From assembly GCA_019115585.1 (NCBI GenBank), contig DXDI01000054.1:1-36897 (forward strand): a stretch of 36,897 bases of DNA. The letters are read 5' to 3'. Of the stretch, positions 10,529 to 20,099 are shown in pieces (the stretch's first letter is position 1; each line of letters starts with the position of its first letter). The stretch comes from Candidatus Paraprevotella stercorigallinarum (GTDB taxonomy: Bacteria > Bacteroidota > Bacteroidia > Bacteroidales > Bacteroidaceae). The position numbers and the translations under genes are program-made. The notes under the pieces were generated by a model. It saw only the letters and a list, made by a program, of their open reading frames with translations, was not told where the DNA came from and did no database searches.

Positions 10529-12217
10529 ATGGATTGGTTAGAACAGTTACTGTTTGATTCGAATTCCATCGCCCATATCGTCCTGCTTTATACAGCGGTG
10601 ATTTCCATAGGAATATATCTGGGAAAAATCAAATTCTTCGGTATATCTCTGGGAGTGACTTTTGTGCTGTTTGCAGGAATCCTGGCGGGACATTTCGGAT
10701 TCACAGGTACCACTTCAACCTTGAATTTCTTGCAGGATTTCGGACTGATTTTATTCGTATTTTGCATTGGTTTGCAGGTCGGTCCGGGTTTTTTCGAGTC
10801 TTTCAAGAAAGGCGGAATTACGCTGAACGTGTTGGCCTGTGGCATTGTAGCCCTTGACATCATTGTGATGTTGGTGCTGTATTATTGTTGTTTTGATACG
10901 TCAAATCCTCAGAATCTGCCGATGATGGTCGGTGTATTGTGTGGAGCCGTGACGAATACGCCGGGATTGGGTGCGGCTACGGAGGCGTTGACGCAATTGT
11001 TTCCGGCAAATGAAATTCCGCAGATTGCGTCAGGATATGCCTGTGCTTATCCTTTAGGTGTGGTCGGTATCATAGCTGCAACCATCGCAATCCGTTATAT
11101 TTGTGGAATAGTTCTGAAGGATGAGGAAGACAAAATCATTGCCGAACAGGCTGAGAATCCTCATGCAAAGCCTCATAAGATGACGTTGCGTGTGGAGAAT
11201 ACGGCGTTGAACGGCAAGACCATGCTTCAGGTGCGCGATTTCCTGGGCCGTGATTACGTGTGTTCAAGAGCGCTGCATGAGGGGCATGTGAGCATTCCGA
11301 CCCGTTCCACCAAATTGTATATCGGTGATTATCTGTTTATCGTTTGTGCAGAAGATGATGCTGAAGCGATCATGGCGTTTATCGGTCCAGAGGCTAATGT
11401 GGACTGGGAGGTTCAGGATGTACCGATGGTGTCAAAGAGCATTTTGGTTACCCAGCCCAAGATGAACGGAAAGACATTCGGACAGTTGCATTTCAGCTCG
11501 GTGTATGGCGTTAATGTGACCCGTATTTCCCGTTCGGGTATGAATCTGTATGCCGACCGGAATTTGCGTATGCAGGTGGGAGACAAGATCGTAGTAGTCG
11601 GACCGGAAGATGCTGTTGACCGCGTTGCTAATTTGATGGGTAATTCCGTGAAAAGACTGGATCATCCTAATCTGATTACCATATTTGTGGGAATTCTGGT
11701 GGGAATAATTTTCGGAAGTATTCCATTTGCATTCCCTGGCGTACCGACACCGGTTAAATTAGGTCTGGCCGGTGGACCGCTGATTGTGGCTATTTTAATA
11801 GGTCGTTTCGGATATAAGTTCCATTTGGTGACTTATGTGTCAACCAGTGCCAATCTGATGTTGAGAGAATTCGGATTAGCCTTGTTCCTGGCCAGCGTGG
11901 GTATTAAGGCCGGAGAACACTTTGTGGATACGGTCATTGCCGGCGACGGATTGAAATATGTATGGACAGGTTTCATTATTACGGTTATTCCTATTCTGGT
12001 AATAGGACTTATTGCCCGTATGCGTTTTAAATTGAATTATTTCACGATCATGGGTCTTATTGCCGGAAGTACAACCGATCCTCCTGCATTGGCTTTTGCC
12101 AATCAGGCTTCAAACAGTGATGCACCGGCCGTAGGTTATTCTACCGTTTACCCCTTGACGATGTTCCTGCGTATTTTGACGGCCCAGTTGATTGTATTGC
12201 TGTTGTGCAGCGTTTGA
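10529..12217 (+). CDS. AspT/YidE/YbjL-family antiporter with two TrkA-C (RCK-C) domains
   Basis: Duplicated membrane halves ([16 protein letters not shown]...[12 protein letters not shown] and [15 protein letters not shown]...[19 protein letters not shown]) around a soluble TrkA-C region. Confidence 0.9.
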   Translation: MDWLEQLLFDSNSIAHIVLLYTAVISIGIYLGKIKFFGISLGVTFVLFAGILAGHFGFTGTTSTLNFLQDFGLILFVFCIGLQVGPGFFESFKKGGITLNVLACGIVALDIIVMLVLYYCCFDTSNPQNLPMMVGVLCGAVTNTPGLGAATEALTQLFPANEIPQIASGYACAYPLGVVGIIAATIAIRYICGIVLKDEEDKIIAEQAENPHAKPHKMTLRVENTALNGKTMLQVRDFLGRDYVCSRALHEGHVSIPTRSTKLYIGDYLFIVCAEDDAEAIMAFIGPEANVDWEVQDVPMVSKSILVTQPKMNGKTFGQLHFSSVYGVNVTRISRSGMNLYADRNLRMQVGDKIVVVGPEDAVDRVANLMGNSVKRLDHPNLITIFVGILVGIIFGSIPFAFPGVPTPVKLGLAGGPLIVAILIGRFGYKFHLVTYVSTSANLMLREFGLALFLASVGIKAGEHFVDTVIAGDGLKYVWTGFIITVIPILVIGLIARMRFKLNYFTIMGLIAGSTTDPPALAFANQASNSDAPAVGYSTVYPLTMFLRILTAQLIVLLLCSV

Positions 12218-12235
12218 TCATGAATTGAATGATAT

Positions 12236-12293
12236 CAATATAAAAAAGCATCTTTCCCAGACTGACTTACGGGAAAGATGCTTTTTTATATTG
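12236..12293. terminator. Bidirectional intrinsic terminator
   Basis: 23-bp perfect arms CAATATAAAAAAGCATCTTTCCC / GGGAAAGATGCTTTTTTATATTG between convergent genes. Confidence 0.9.
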
Positions 12294-12306
12294 TATATGT
12301 TTCTTC

Positions 12307-12810
12307 TTACAGGTTGTGGTAAAAGGGGATCTCGATGACTTCAAGATCTTTGAAGTTCTGTCCGTCAACAGTAAACCGTACCAAAGTCCGGACTTTATGC
12401 CATCCTGACAATCCGGCAGCTCCGGGGTTGATGTGCAGAAGGTGAAGGGTGTGATCATATTGTACCTTCAGAATGTGCGAATGTCCGCTGATGAACAGCT
12501 GGGGAGGACGCTCATAAAGGCTTTTTCTGACAGGTGGCGCATATTTTCCGGGGTATCCGCCAATATGTGTCATCATAATGTCTGCATCTTCGCATTTCCA
12601 GCGTAGTTTTTCACTATACATACGTCTCAGATCGCCTCCATCGCAGTTGCCGCAGACGGCCAGAAACGGACGGAATTCAGCCAGCTTTTGGGCAACTTCA
12701 AGTGAGCCTATGTCGCCTGCATGCCATATTTCATCGCACTCCTCAAAATAATCCAGGTATTTCTGATCCCAATAACCATGGGTGTCAGAGAGCAGGCCTA
12801 TTCTTTTCAC
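12307..12810 (-). CDS. YfcE/MJ0936-family metallophosphoesterase
   Basis: SDTH, HAGD, GNCD, THIG, SGHSH and INPG motifs; GTG start overlaps the upstream stop. Confidence 0.9.
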   Translation of the reverse strand: MKRIGLLSDTHGYWDQKYLDYFEECDEIWHAGDIGSLEVAQKLAEFRPFLAVCGNCDGGDLRRMYSEKLRWKCEDADIMMTHIGGYPGKYAPPVRKSLYERPPQLFISGHSHILKVQYDHTLHLLHINPGAAGLSGWHKVRTLVRFTVDGQNFKDLEVIEIPFYHNL

Positions 12811-13436
12811 AGATTCAATTTCTTTTTAATGAATTCCTTGATGAATTCTGTAGTGTCTTCCAGCCCGAGAATGGAAGAGTTGATGCACAGGTGATAGGAA
12901 TCAGCCTGTCCCCACGTCTTGGCGCTGTAATAATTATAATATGATGCCCTGTTTTCGTCTCCGGAAAGGATCTTCTTTTCAGCTTCGGCCGGAGAGATGT
13001 TCAAACGTTCGCTGACCCGTTGGATGCGGTCCTCCATGTCACCGGTAATGAAAATATTGACACAACGTGGATTATCCCTTAAAATATAGTCAGCGCATCT
13101 GCCCACAAATACGCACGACTCCTGTGACGCTGCTTTTCGGATGGCATCACTTTGGAACTTGAAAAGGGATTCGTCACTTAACTGATTGTTATAGATATTT
13201 TCGCTGTTGCTGAATATGGGTGCGAAAGAACTGAGCAAAAGTTTAAAAAAACCTTTGTGCTCGTCATTGCGTTCAAAGAATTTTTTGTTGAATCCACTCT
13301 CCTGGGCGGCCAGGTCCAGAAGTTCCTTATCGTAGAATCTGATATTGAAATCTTTGGCCAGTTGTCGGCCTATAATGTGGCCGCCACTGCCTAATTGTCG
13401 TCCGACATTGATGATAAACAAGTCTTCTTTATTCAT
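12807..13436 (-). CDS. Cytidylate kinase-like family protein
   Basis: IINVGRQLGSGG, SCVFVGRCADYIL, RASYYNYYS...WG...YHLCINSS. Confidence 0.9.
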   Translation of the reverse strand: MNKEDLFIINVGRQLGSGGHIIGRQLAKDFNIRFYDKELLDLAAQESGFNKKFFERNDEHKGFFKLLLSSFAPIFSNSENIYNNQLSDESLFKFQSDAIRKAASQESCVFVGRCADYILRDNPRCVNIFITGDMEDRIQRVSERLNISPAEAEKKILSGDENRASYYNYYSAKTWGQADSYHLCINSSILGLEDTTEFIKEFIKKKLNL

Positions 13437-14796
13437 GGTTGGATTTTTTAGCTAATAGATTGAATTTTTTATAGTGGTTAACAAGCATGCAGGTGGCGAC
13501 AAACCATGCAATCAGGTCTGAAATAGGCATGGCATACCATACACCGTCTATTCCCCAAAAGCGTGGTAAAATCAAGGTGAGCGGAACGAGAAACAACATC
13601 TGTCTGGTGAGTGACAGGAATATACTCTTTCCTGCTAGCCCTATACTCTGGAAAAAGTTGGTTGTGACCATTTGCATGCCGATCAATGGGAAAAACATCA
13701 CGACAATGCGCATGCCTTTTTCTGACATGTCGATAAGTTGCGGATCAGAAGTAAATGCGCGGACACAGACTCCGGGGATTATTTCACCGATAAGGAAACC
13801 GGAAGTGGTGATAATCGTTCCCCAAAGCAGTGTATATCTTAATACTTTCAGAACCCGGTCATATTTTTGTGCTCCGAAGTTATAGCCGGCAATCGGCTGC
13901 ATGCCCTGATTTAGTCCTATCACGATCATGACGAACAGGAATGTGATGCGGTTGACAATTCCGTATGCACCGATAGCCAGATCGCCGCCGTATAATCCCA
14001 GACTTCTGTTGATAATGATAACCACAATGCAAGCGCAACTGTTCATCAGGAACGGTGAAAGTCCGATGGCCAGGGTGTCCTCGACAATTTTTCTTTTCAG
14101 ACGGTAGATTCCTTTTTGGAAATGTAGCATTTCCTTGTCATTCCTGAATATTGAGATCTGCCACATCAGGGCCATGACCTGGGCCAGTACCGTAGCAAAT
14201 GCCGCTCCTTTTATTCCCATGTCGAAGCCATAAATGAATATCGGGTCCATAACCGTGTTGATAATGACCGTAAAGATAGTCGCGTTCATTGCACTTCGGG
14301 GGTGGCCGGCAGACCTTAATACGGAGTTGAGTGTTAGGTAGCTATGAGTTACTACGTTACCTAATAATATGATACTCATGTAGTCGCGTGCGTATGGAAT
14401 GGTTGCTTCGCTTGCTCCGAAAAAATAGAGGATCGGATCCAGAAACAGAAGGCATACCAAACCAAAGGAAAGTCCGAGTATTAAAGTCAGCGTAATGACG
14501 TTACCAAAGATCAGTTTGGCTGTGGCATAGTCTTTCTGTCCGAGCTTGACGGAAATAAGTGTGGAAGCTCCGACGCCGACCATGGCTCCGAATGCGGCAG
14601 ACAGGTTCATGAATGGAAAGGTCAGCGCCAATCCAGAAATGGCCATCGGACCGACACCATGTCCAATAAAGATACTGTCTACCATATTGTACAGAGATGA
14701 TGCCGTCATTGCAATAATGGCCGGAATGGCATATTGAGCCAAGAGCTTGCTGATTTTAAGCGTACCTAAATCTAATGGAGATGTCTGAGCAGTCAT
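13429..14796 (-). CDS. MATE-family efflux transporter (MepA-like)
   Basis: Likely ATG 14796; YAIPAII, LYNMVDSIFIG, MDPIFI, GIKGAAFAT, QPIAGYNFGA; about 12 hydrophobic segments. Confidence 0.92.
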   Translation of the reverse strand: MTAQTSPLDLGTLKISKLLAQYAIPAIIAMTASSLYNMVDSIFIGHGVGPMAISGLALTFPFMNLSAAFGAMVGVGASTLISVKLGQKDYATAKLIFGNVITLTLILGLSFGLVCLLFLDPILYFFGASEATIPYARDYMSIILLGNVVTHSYLTLNSVLRSAGHPRSAMNATIFTVIINTVMDPIFIYGFDMGIKGAAFATVLAQVMALMWQISIFRNDKEMLHFQKGIYRLKRKIVEDTLAIGLSPFLMNSCACIVVIIINRSLGLYGGDLAIGAYGIVNRITFLFVMIVIGLNQGMQPIAGYNFGAQKYDRVLKVLRYTLLWGTIITTSGFLIGEIIPGVCVRAFTSDPQLIDMSEKGMRIVVMFFPLIGMQMVTTNFFQSIGLAGKSIFLSLTRQMLFLVPLTLILPRFWGIDGVWYAMPISDLIAWFVATCMLVNHYKKFNLLAKKSNHE

Positions 14797-14827
14797 ATTA
14801 AACAAATATTATACCTATATTAACATA

Positions 14828-14835
14828 CAAAACTA
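14828..14835 (-). promoter_or_regulatory. -7 box TAGTTTTG for the MATE operon
   Basis: Plus-strand caaaacta, 31 nt upstream of ATG 14796. Confidence 0.5.
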
Positions 14836-14938
14836 CAAAAAAAATAATAAATGCAGAGTGTCATGATTTCAATAAATCTTAAATTCTTTACGGTTATGAA
14901 AAATATCCTAAAAAAGATGGAGGATAATGCTTTTTTAG

Positions 14939-14946
14939 TATCTTTG
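14939..14946 (+). promoter_or_regulatory. -7 box TATCTTTG for the decarboxylase operon
   Basis: Exact TAnnTTTG 70 nt upstream of ATG 15017. Confidence 0.6.
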
Positions 14947-15016
14947 TGCATGTTGTTCCAATAGGAAAACTTGAGGACAAATCAAATAAATATAAGACTT
15001 TAAATCAATATCAGCA

Positions 15017-16570
15017 ATGAGTAACCAATTAGAACGAATTAAGGAATTAGTAGAACGCCGTGCAAAGGCGAGATTGGGAGGAGGCGAAAAAGCCATTGAA
15101 AAACAACACGCCAGAGGAAAATATACAGCTCGCGAGCGGATTGATATGTTGTTGGACGAAGGAAGTTTTGAAGAAATGGATATGTTCAAGCTTCATCGTT
15201 GTACCAATTTTGGTATGGAAAAAAAGCAGTATCTTGGTGATGGCGTCGTAACAGGAAGCGGTACGATCGATGGCCGTCTGGTCTATGTCTTTGCGCAGGA
15301 TTTCACTGTGAATGGCGGATCTCTTTCAGAAACCATGGCAGAGAAAATCTGTAAAGTGATGGATCAGGCTATGAAAATGGGAGCTCCGTGTATCGGTATT
15401 AATGATTCTGGTGGTGCTCGTATTCAGGAAGGAATTAATGCATTGGGCGGATACGCTTCAATATTCCAACGCAATATAGAAGCTTCGGGTGTTATTCCAC
15501 AGATTTCCGGAATCTTCGGACCATGTGCAGGTGGAGCCGTTTATTCTCCGGCATTGACAGACTTTATCTTGATGATGGAGGGTACATCTTATATGTTCCT
15601 TACCGGTCCGAAGGTGGTGAAAACGGTTACAGGAGAAGATGTATCTCAGGAAGATTTGGGAGGTGCCAGTGTGCATGCGACGAAGTCTGGTGTTACTCAC
15701 TTTACGGCTGAAACGGAAGAAGAGGCAATGCAGATGATTCGTACGCTGATCAGTTACATTCCGCAGAACAATATGGAAGAAGCGCCGCGTGTGCCTTGTA
15801 CGGATCCTATCAACCGTTTGGAAGACAGCCTGAATGAGATCATTCCTGACAATCCGAACCAGGCTTATGATATGTATGAGGTTATTGGGGCCATCGTAGA
15901 TAACGGTGAGTTCTTCGAGGTGCAGCCCGATTATGCAAAGAATATCATCGTTGGTTTTGCACGTTTCAACGGTCAGAGCGTCGGAATAGTGGCCAACCAG
16001 CCTAAGTGTTATGCCGGTGTATTGGATTGCAACGCCAGTCGGAAGGGTGCCCGTTTCGTCCGTTTCTGTGATTCGTTTAATATTCCTTTGGTTACTTTGG
16101 TCGACGTTCCGGGCTTCCTTCCGGGTACAGGTCAGGAATACAATGCCGTAATTCTGCATGGTGCCAAGTTGCTTTATGCTTATGGTGAGGCTACAGTGCC
16201 CAAAGTGACGGTTACTTTGCGCAAGAGTTACGGTGGTTCTCATATTGTGATGAGTTGTAAACAGTTGAGAGGAGATATCAATTATGCATGGCCGTCAGCT
16301 GAAATTGCTGTGATGGGTGCATCAGGAGCGGTTGCCGTATTGTATGCAAAGGATGCCAAGGAAGCTGAAGATCCGAAGAAGTTCCTTGAGGAAAAGGAAG
16401 AAGAGTATAACAAACTCTTCACCAATCCTTACCAGGCTGCCAAATACGGTTATATCGACGATGTGATCGAACCGCGTAATACACGATTCCGTGTGATTCG
16501 TGCTTTGGCTCAATTGCAGACTAAAAAATTAACTAATCCTGTTAAGAAACACGGAAACATTCCGTTGTAA
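15017..16570 (+). CDS. mmdA: Methylmalonyl-CoA decarboxylase alpha (carboxyltransferase) subunit
   Basis: [45 protein letters not shown]; in an operon with a biotin carrier and an OadB-type beta subunit. Confidence 0.9.
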   Translation: MSNQLERIKELVERRAKARLGGGEKAIEKQHARGKYTARERIDMLLDEGSFEEMDMFKLHRCTNFGMEKKQYLGDGVVTGSGTIDGRLVYVFAQDFTVNGGSLSETMAEKICKVMDQAMKMGAPCIGINDSGGARIQEGINALGGYASIFQRNIEASGVIPQISGIFGPCAGGAVYSPALTDFILMMEGTSYMFLTGPKVVKTVTGEDVSQEDLGGASVHATKSGVTHFTAETEEEAMQMIRTLISYIPQNNMEEAPRVPCTDPINRLEDSLNEIIPDNPNQAYDMYEVIGAIVDNGEFFEVQPDYAKNIIVGFARFNGQSVGIVANQPKCYAGVLDCNASRKGARFVRFCDSFNIPLVTLVDVPGFLPGTGQEYNAVILHGAKLLYAYGEATVPKVTVTLRKSYGGSHIVMSCKQLRGDINYAWPSAEIAVMGASGAVAVLYAKDAKEAEDPKKFLEEKEEEYNKLFTNPYQAAKYGYIDDVIEPRNTRFRVIRALAQLQTKKLTNPVKKHGNIPL

Positions 16571-16589
16571 TCCGAAAAACCGCAAAAAG

Positions 16590-17549
16590 ATGATAAACAA
16601 AAGATTTTTAACCGTCTTGACGAGCTTATGTGCCGTGCTGGTTGCTTTTGGGCAGGGTGCTTATAGCTTTAAGATAAATGAGGTGGTCGTCATAAATCAG
16701 AGCGGACTGGTCGACGAGTATGGCGAGAGATCTGCATGGATTGAAATAGCCAATACGGCGTGGGGTACGAATAATATCCGCAGCTGCTATCTGACGACAA
16801 ACCGTGCAGCGCTCGATAAGAATATGTCTGTACCGGAGCGTGTAAAACTGATGTCATTGATTCCAAAGGGTGACGAGCGGACTAATCTGACCGCCAAGCA
16901 GAATATTGTTTTCTTTGCTGACGGAAGGACTAATCTTGGTACTTTACATACCAATTTTACGTTGGTACCCGGACAAGCTAATTTCATTGCTTTGTTTGAT
17001 GGAAACGGAAAAACACTGTTGGATTCCATTACGGTTCCGCCATTGGAAGCGGATCAGTCTTATGCCCGCGTTTATAATGCAGATACGGATGATTACGAAT
17101 GGGTGGTATTGGACGCTAAAGAAGTGACTCCCTGTGGCCCCAATGTAGGACAAGGCAAGGTGCAGGACAAGATTGCCGAGTTCAAGGAAAAAGATCCTCA
17201 TGGTATTGCAATGTCCATCATGGCGATGTCTATCGTATTCGGATGTTTGTTGCTGCTTTATGTTTTCTTCCGTATTTTCGGTTATGTCGTATCTCTGTTG
17301 GGTAAGATGACACGCGTGAGAGCGATCCGTTCTATACATGACAAGGCAGAACGTGCTACTATTATGGCTAAACAGGGAATGGAAACCAAGGGCGTGGATA
17401 TGAAAATATATATGGCAGTCATAGCCATGGCCTTGCGTGAATACGAAGAAGATGTACATGATGTGGAAAGCAATGTGCTGACGCTTCATCAGGAAGAACA
17501 TACAGACTGGAATGCCAAAGACAATGCCATGCGTGAATGGCCTAAATAA
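16590..17549 (+). CDS. OadG/MmdD-like decarboxylase subunit with an N-terminal lamin-tail-like periplasmic domain
   Basis: Signal peptide (AFG|Q); KINEV...DEYGERSAWIEIAN (lamin-tail-like); TM helix IAMSIMAMSIVFGCLLLLYVFF; C-terminal AVIAMAL...HDVES...W. Confidence 0.8.
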   Translation: MINKRFLTVLTSLCAVLVAFGQGAYSFKINEVVVINQSGLVDEYGERSAWIEIANTAWGTNNIRSCYLTTNRAALDKNMSVPERVKLMSLIPKGDERTNLTAKQNIVFFADGRTNLGTLHTNFTLVPGQANFIALFDGNGKTLLDSITVPPLEADQSYARVYNADTDDYEWVVLDAKEVTPCGPNVGQGKVQDKIAEFKEKDPHGIAMSIMAMSIVFGCLLLLYVFFRIFGYVVSLLGKMTRVRAIRSIHDKAERATIMAKQGMETKGVDMKIYMAVIAMALREYEEDVHDVESNVLTLHQEEHTDWNAKDNAMREWPK

Positions 17550-17584
17550 TAATTTTATAGAAAATAACTTTTAAAGAAAAGACC

Positions 17585-18028
17585 ATGAAAGAATATAAAT
17601 ATAAAGTAAAAGGTGCCGAGTATGTGGTGAAGATCAATGACGTGGAAGGAAACTTGGCCAAAGTGGAAGTAAACGGAATTTCATTTGATGTGGAATTGGA
17701 TCGTCCGATGAATGTGTTGCATACTCCGGTAGTCCGTCCTGTAGCTCATGTTCATCATGCTACGGCTGCGCCTGCAGCTGCTCCAGCGCCTCAGCCTGAG
17801 GTTCCGGCCGGTGCCGGTTCTGCAGTACGTGCACCATTGCCCGGTACGATCAATGCAGTCAGTGTGACTGTAGGTCAGGCTGTTAAGAAAGGCCAGACTG
17901 TAGTGGTGCTTGAAGCCATGAAGATGGAGAATAATATCACGGCAGAATGCGACGGTACGGTAACAGCAGTACATGTAAACAAAGGTGATTCTGTTCGGGA
18001 AGGTGCAATATTGGTAACAATAGGATAA
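17585..18028 (+). CDS. mmdC: Biotin carboxyl carrier (gamma) subunit
   Basis: Ala/Pro linker, APLPG, biotinylation motif EAMKM. Confidence 0.9.
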   Translation: MKEYKYKVKGAEYVVKINDVEGNLAKVEVNGISFDVELDRPMNVLHTPVVRPVAHVHHATAAPAAAPAPQPEVPAGAGSAVRAPLPGTINAVSVTVGQAVKKGQTVVVLEAMKMENNITAECDGTVTAVHVNKGDSVREGAILVTIG

Positions 18029-18032
18029 GTTT

Positions 18033-19187
18033 ATGGAAGTATTTGATTTTACTGTAACTAAATTAGCCGACTTCCTTACCTATACGGGATTTGCAAATGC
18101 CGAAGTAGGTAACTGGATCATGATATTGGTCGGTGCATTCTTCTTGTGGCTGGCCATCAAGAAGGATTTTGAGCCTTTGTTGCTGATTCCTATCGGTCTG
18201 GGTATTATTTTGGGAAACATACCGTTCAAGGCGGTAGGACTGGAAATCGGATTATATGAGGATAATTCTGTCCTGAATATTTTCTATCAGGGCGTGAAAA
18301 CCGGCTGGTATCCGCCTTTGGTGTTCTTGGGTATTGGAGCCATGACGGATTTTTCGGCGTTAATTGCCAATCCCAAACTTTTGTTGGTTGGTGCTGCTGC
18401 CCAGTTTGGTATATTCGGTGCTTATATGATAGCCCTGGCTTTGGGGTTTGAGCCGAATCAGGCTGCAGGTATTGCCATAATTGGTGGAGCTGACGGACCG
18501 ACAGCCATATTCCTGTCATCCAAACTTTCACCTAACCTGATGGGAGCCATTGCGGTTTGTGCTTATTCCTATATGGCATTGGTTCCGGTTATTCAGCCGC
18601 CTTTGATGCGTTTGTTGACTACAAAAAAGGAACGGCTTATCAGAATGAAACCGGCTCGTCAGGTTTCACAGACTGAAAAAATCATATTTCCGATTGTAGG
18701 TCTGTTGCTGACTACTTTCATTGTGCCGTCTGGTTTGCCATTGTTAGGTATGCTGTTCTTTGGTAATCTGTTAAAGGAAAGCACCAAGACCACACGTTTG
18801 GCAAAGACTGCCGGAAGCGCACTGAACGATGTGATTGTAATGTTGTTGGGTCTGACCGTTGGTTGTTCAACACAGGCCAGCGAGTTCTTGACATGGGACA
18901 CTATCAAGATCTTCTTCCTGGGTGCGTTGGCATTTATTATTGCTACAGCATCAGGTGTGTTGTTCGTGAAGTTCTTTAATTTGTTCTTGCCGCAACATAA
19001 GAAGATCAATCCGTTGATTGGTAATGCCGGTGTATCTGCAGTTCCTATGGCAGCCCGTATTTCACAAAACCTCGGATTGGAATATGATTCCAAGAACTAT
19101 TTGTTGATGCATGCCATGGGACCGAATGTGGCCGGTGTGATTGGCTCAGCCGTGGCTGCAGGTGTGTTGTTGGGATTCTTAAGTTGA
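18033..19187 (+). CDS. oadB: Na+-translocating decarboxylase beta subunit
   Basis: FEPLLLIPIG, GAMTDF, IIGGADGPTAI, GVSAVPMAAR, HAMGPNVAGVIGSA. Confidence 0.95.
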   Translation: MEVFDFTVTKLADFLTYTGFANAEVGNWIMILVGAFFLWLAIKKDFEPLLLIPIGLGIILGNIPFKAVGLEIGLYEDNSVLNIFYQGVKTGWYPPLVFLGIGAMTDFSALIANPKLLLVGAAAQFGIFGAYMIALALGFEPNQAAGIAIIGGADGPTAIFLSSKLSPNLMGAIAVCAYSYMALVPVIQPPLMRLLTTKKERLIRMKPARQVSQTEKIIFPIVGLLLTTFIVPSGLPLLGMLFFGNLLKESTKTTRLAKTAGSALNDVIVMLLGLTVGCSTQASEFLTWDTIKIFFLGALAFIIATASGVLFVKFFNLFLPQHKKINPLIGNAGVSAVPMAARISQNLGLEYDSKNYLLMHAMGPNVAGVIGSAVAAGVLLGFLS

Positions 19188-19213
19188 TGTAATTGATAAT
19201 AGGAAGATATCCG

Positions 19214-19260
19214 AAAAATCCCTTGTTCCTGATATCATTATTTGGGAACAAGGGATTTTT
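19214..19260. terminator. Bidirectional intrinsic terminator
   Basis: AAAAATCCCTTGTTCC / GGAACAAGGGATTTTT, 16-bp arms, between convergent oadB and Nudix genes. Confidence 0.9.
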
Positions 19261-19267
19261 GCTGTAT

Positions 19268-19822
19268 TCAGAGTAAATGGCGTTCGGCAAAATATTTCCA
19301 TAAGGGAGCAGCCATCGTGGCTTGTTTAATAAGATCGCCAGTTAAAAGCGCACGTACCTCCTCAGTTGATAAGAGATGAATACTGATGTCTTCGGTTTCT
19401 TCAAGATGTTGTTCGGAAACCTTTTCTACATCGATGGCCAGAAAACAATGACAAAGGTTGGTCATCGTAGTGGCATTGGCAGAAATAGTCATAAAATGTT
19501 CCCAATGGCCGTTTCCATAACCCGTCTCTTCATAGAGTTCCCGTTTGGCCGCTTCTAATGGTGTTTCTTCCTTTTCGCATATACCGGCACATATTTCGTA
19601 TCCTGTCCATTGCAGACCGTGACGATATTGACGTTCCATCAGAAATTGGCCGTCTTTGGTAAGTGCGATGACATTAACCCAGTCGGGATATTCCAATATG
19701 TAGTATTCTTCGTTTTCGATACCGTTTGGCATTCTGATATGGTCGCGGCGGGCTGTAAGCCATGGCCGTTTTATAAGATATTCACTGTGAATGATACGCC
19801 ATGATTTGTCATCGTGATTCAT
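19268..19822 (-). CDS. Nudix hydrolase (ADP-ribose pyrophosphatase-like)
   Basis: Nudix box GICEKEETPLEAAKRELYEETGY; RQYRHG. Confidence 0.9.
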   Translation of the reverse strand: MNHDDKSWRIIHSEYLIKRPWLTARRDHIRMPNGIENEEYYILEYPDWVNVIALTKDGQFLMERQYRHGLQWTGYEICAGICEKEETPLEAAKRELYEETGYGNGHWEHFMTISANATTMTNLCHCFLAIDVEKVSEQHLEETEDISIHLLSTEEVRALLTGDLIKQATMAAPLWKYFAERHLL

Positions 19823-19872
19823 GTCTTTATTTGAATATTGGGGTTTTGTGATTGAAAATGTACGTCTTAATA

Positions 19873-19880
19873 CAAAAGTA
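19873..19880 (-). promoter_or_regulatory. -7 box TACTTTTG for the Nudix gene
   Basis: Plus-strand caaaagta, 50 nt upstream of ATG 19822. Confidence 0.55.
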
Positions 19881-20055
19881 TGAATTTATTTTGAATATCG
19901 TTTCGCTGTAAGCCGGTTTTATGCCAATAAGAAGAACTCATAAAAGTTGTATGGTGAAACAGGAAATGGAAACATGTCGGTCGATAGGCAGATTTTTATA
20001 TTATGTCAGACCGGATATTTCTGTGGGCAGAGGTATTTTATTAAATCAAAAAGGT

Positions 20056-20063
20056 TATCTTTG
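20056..20063 (+). promoter_or_regulatory. -7 box TATCTTTG for the glycoside hydrolase cluster
   Basis: Exact TAnnTTTG 36 nt upstream of ATG 20100. Confidence 0.6.
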
Positions 20064-20099
20064 TAATTCATTTAATCACATCTAACTTAATTATTATAT

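Noticed and set aside
15458-16243. 261-aa antisense ORF inside mmdA
   Set aside because: Shadow frame of a conserved gene; no recognisable protein features.
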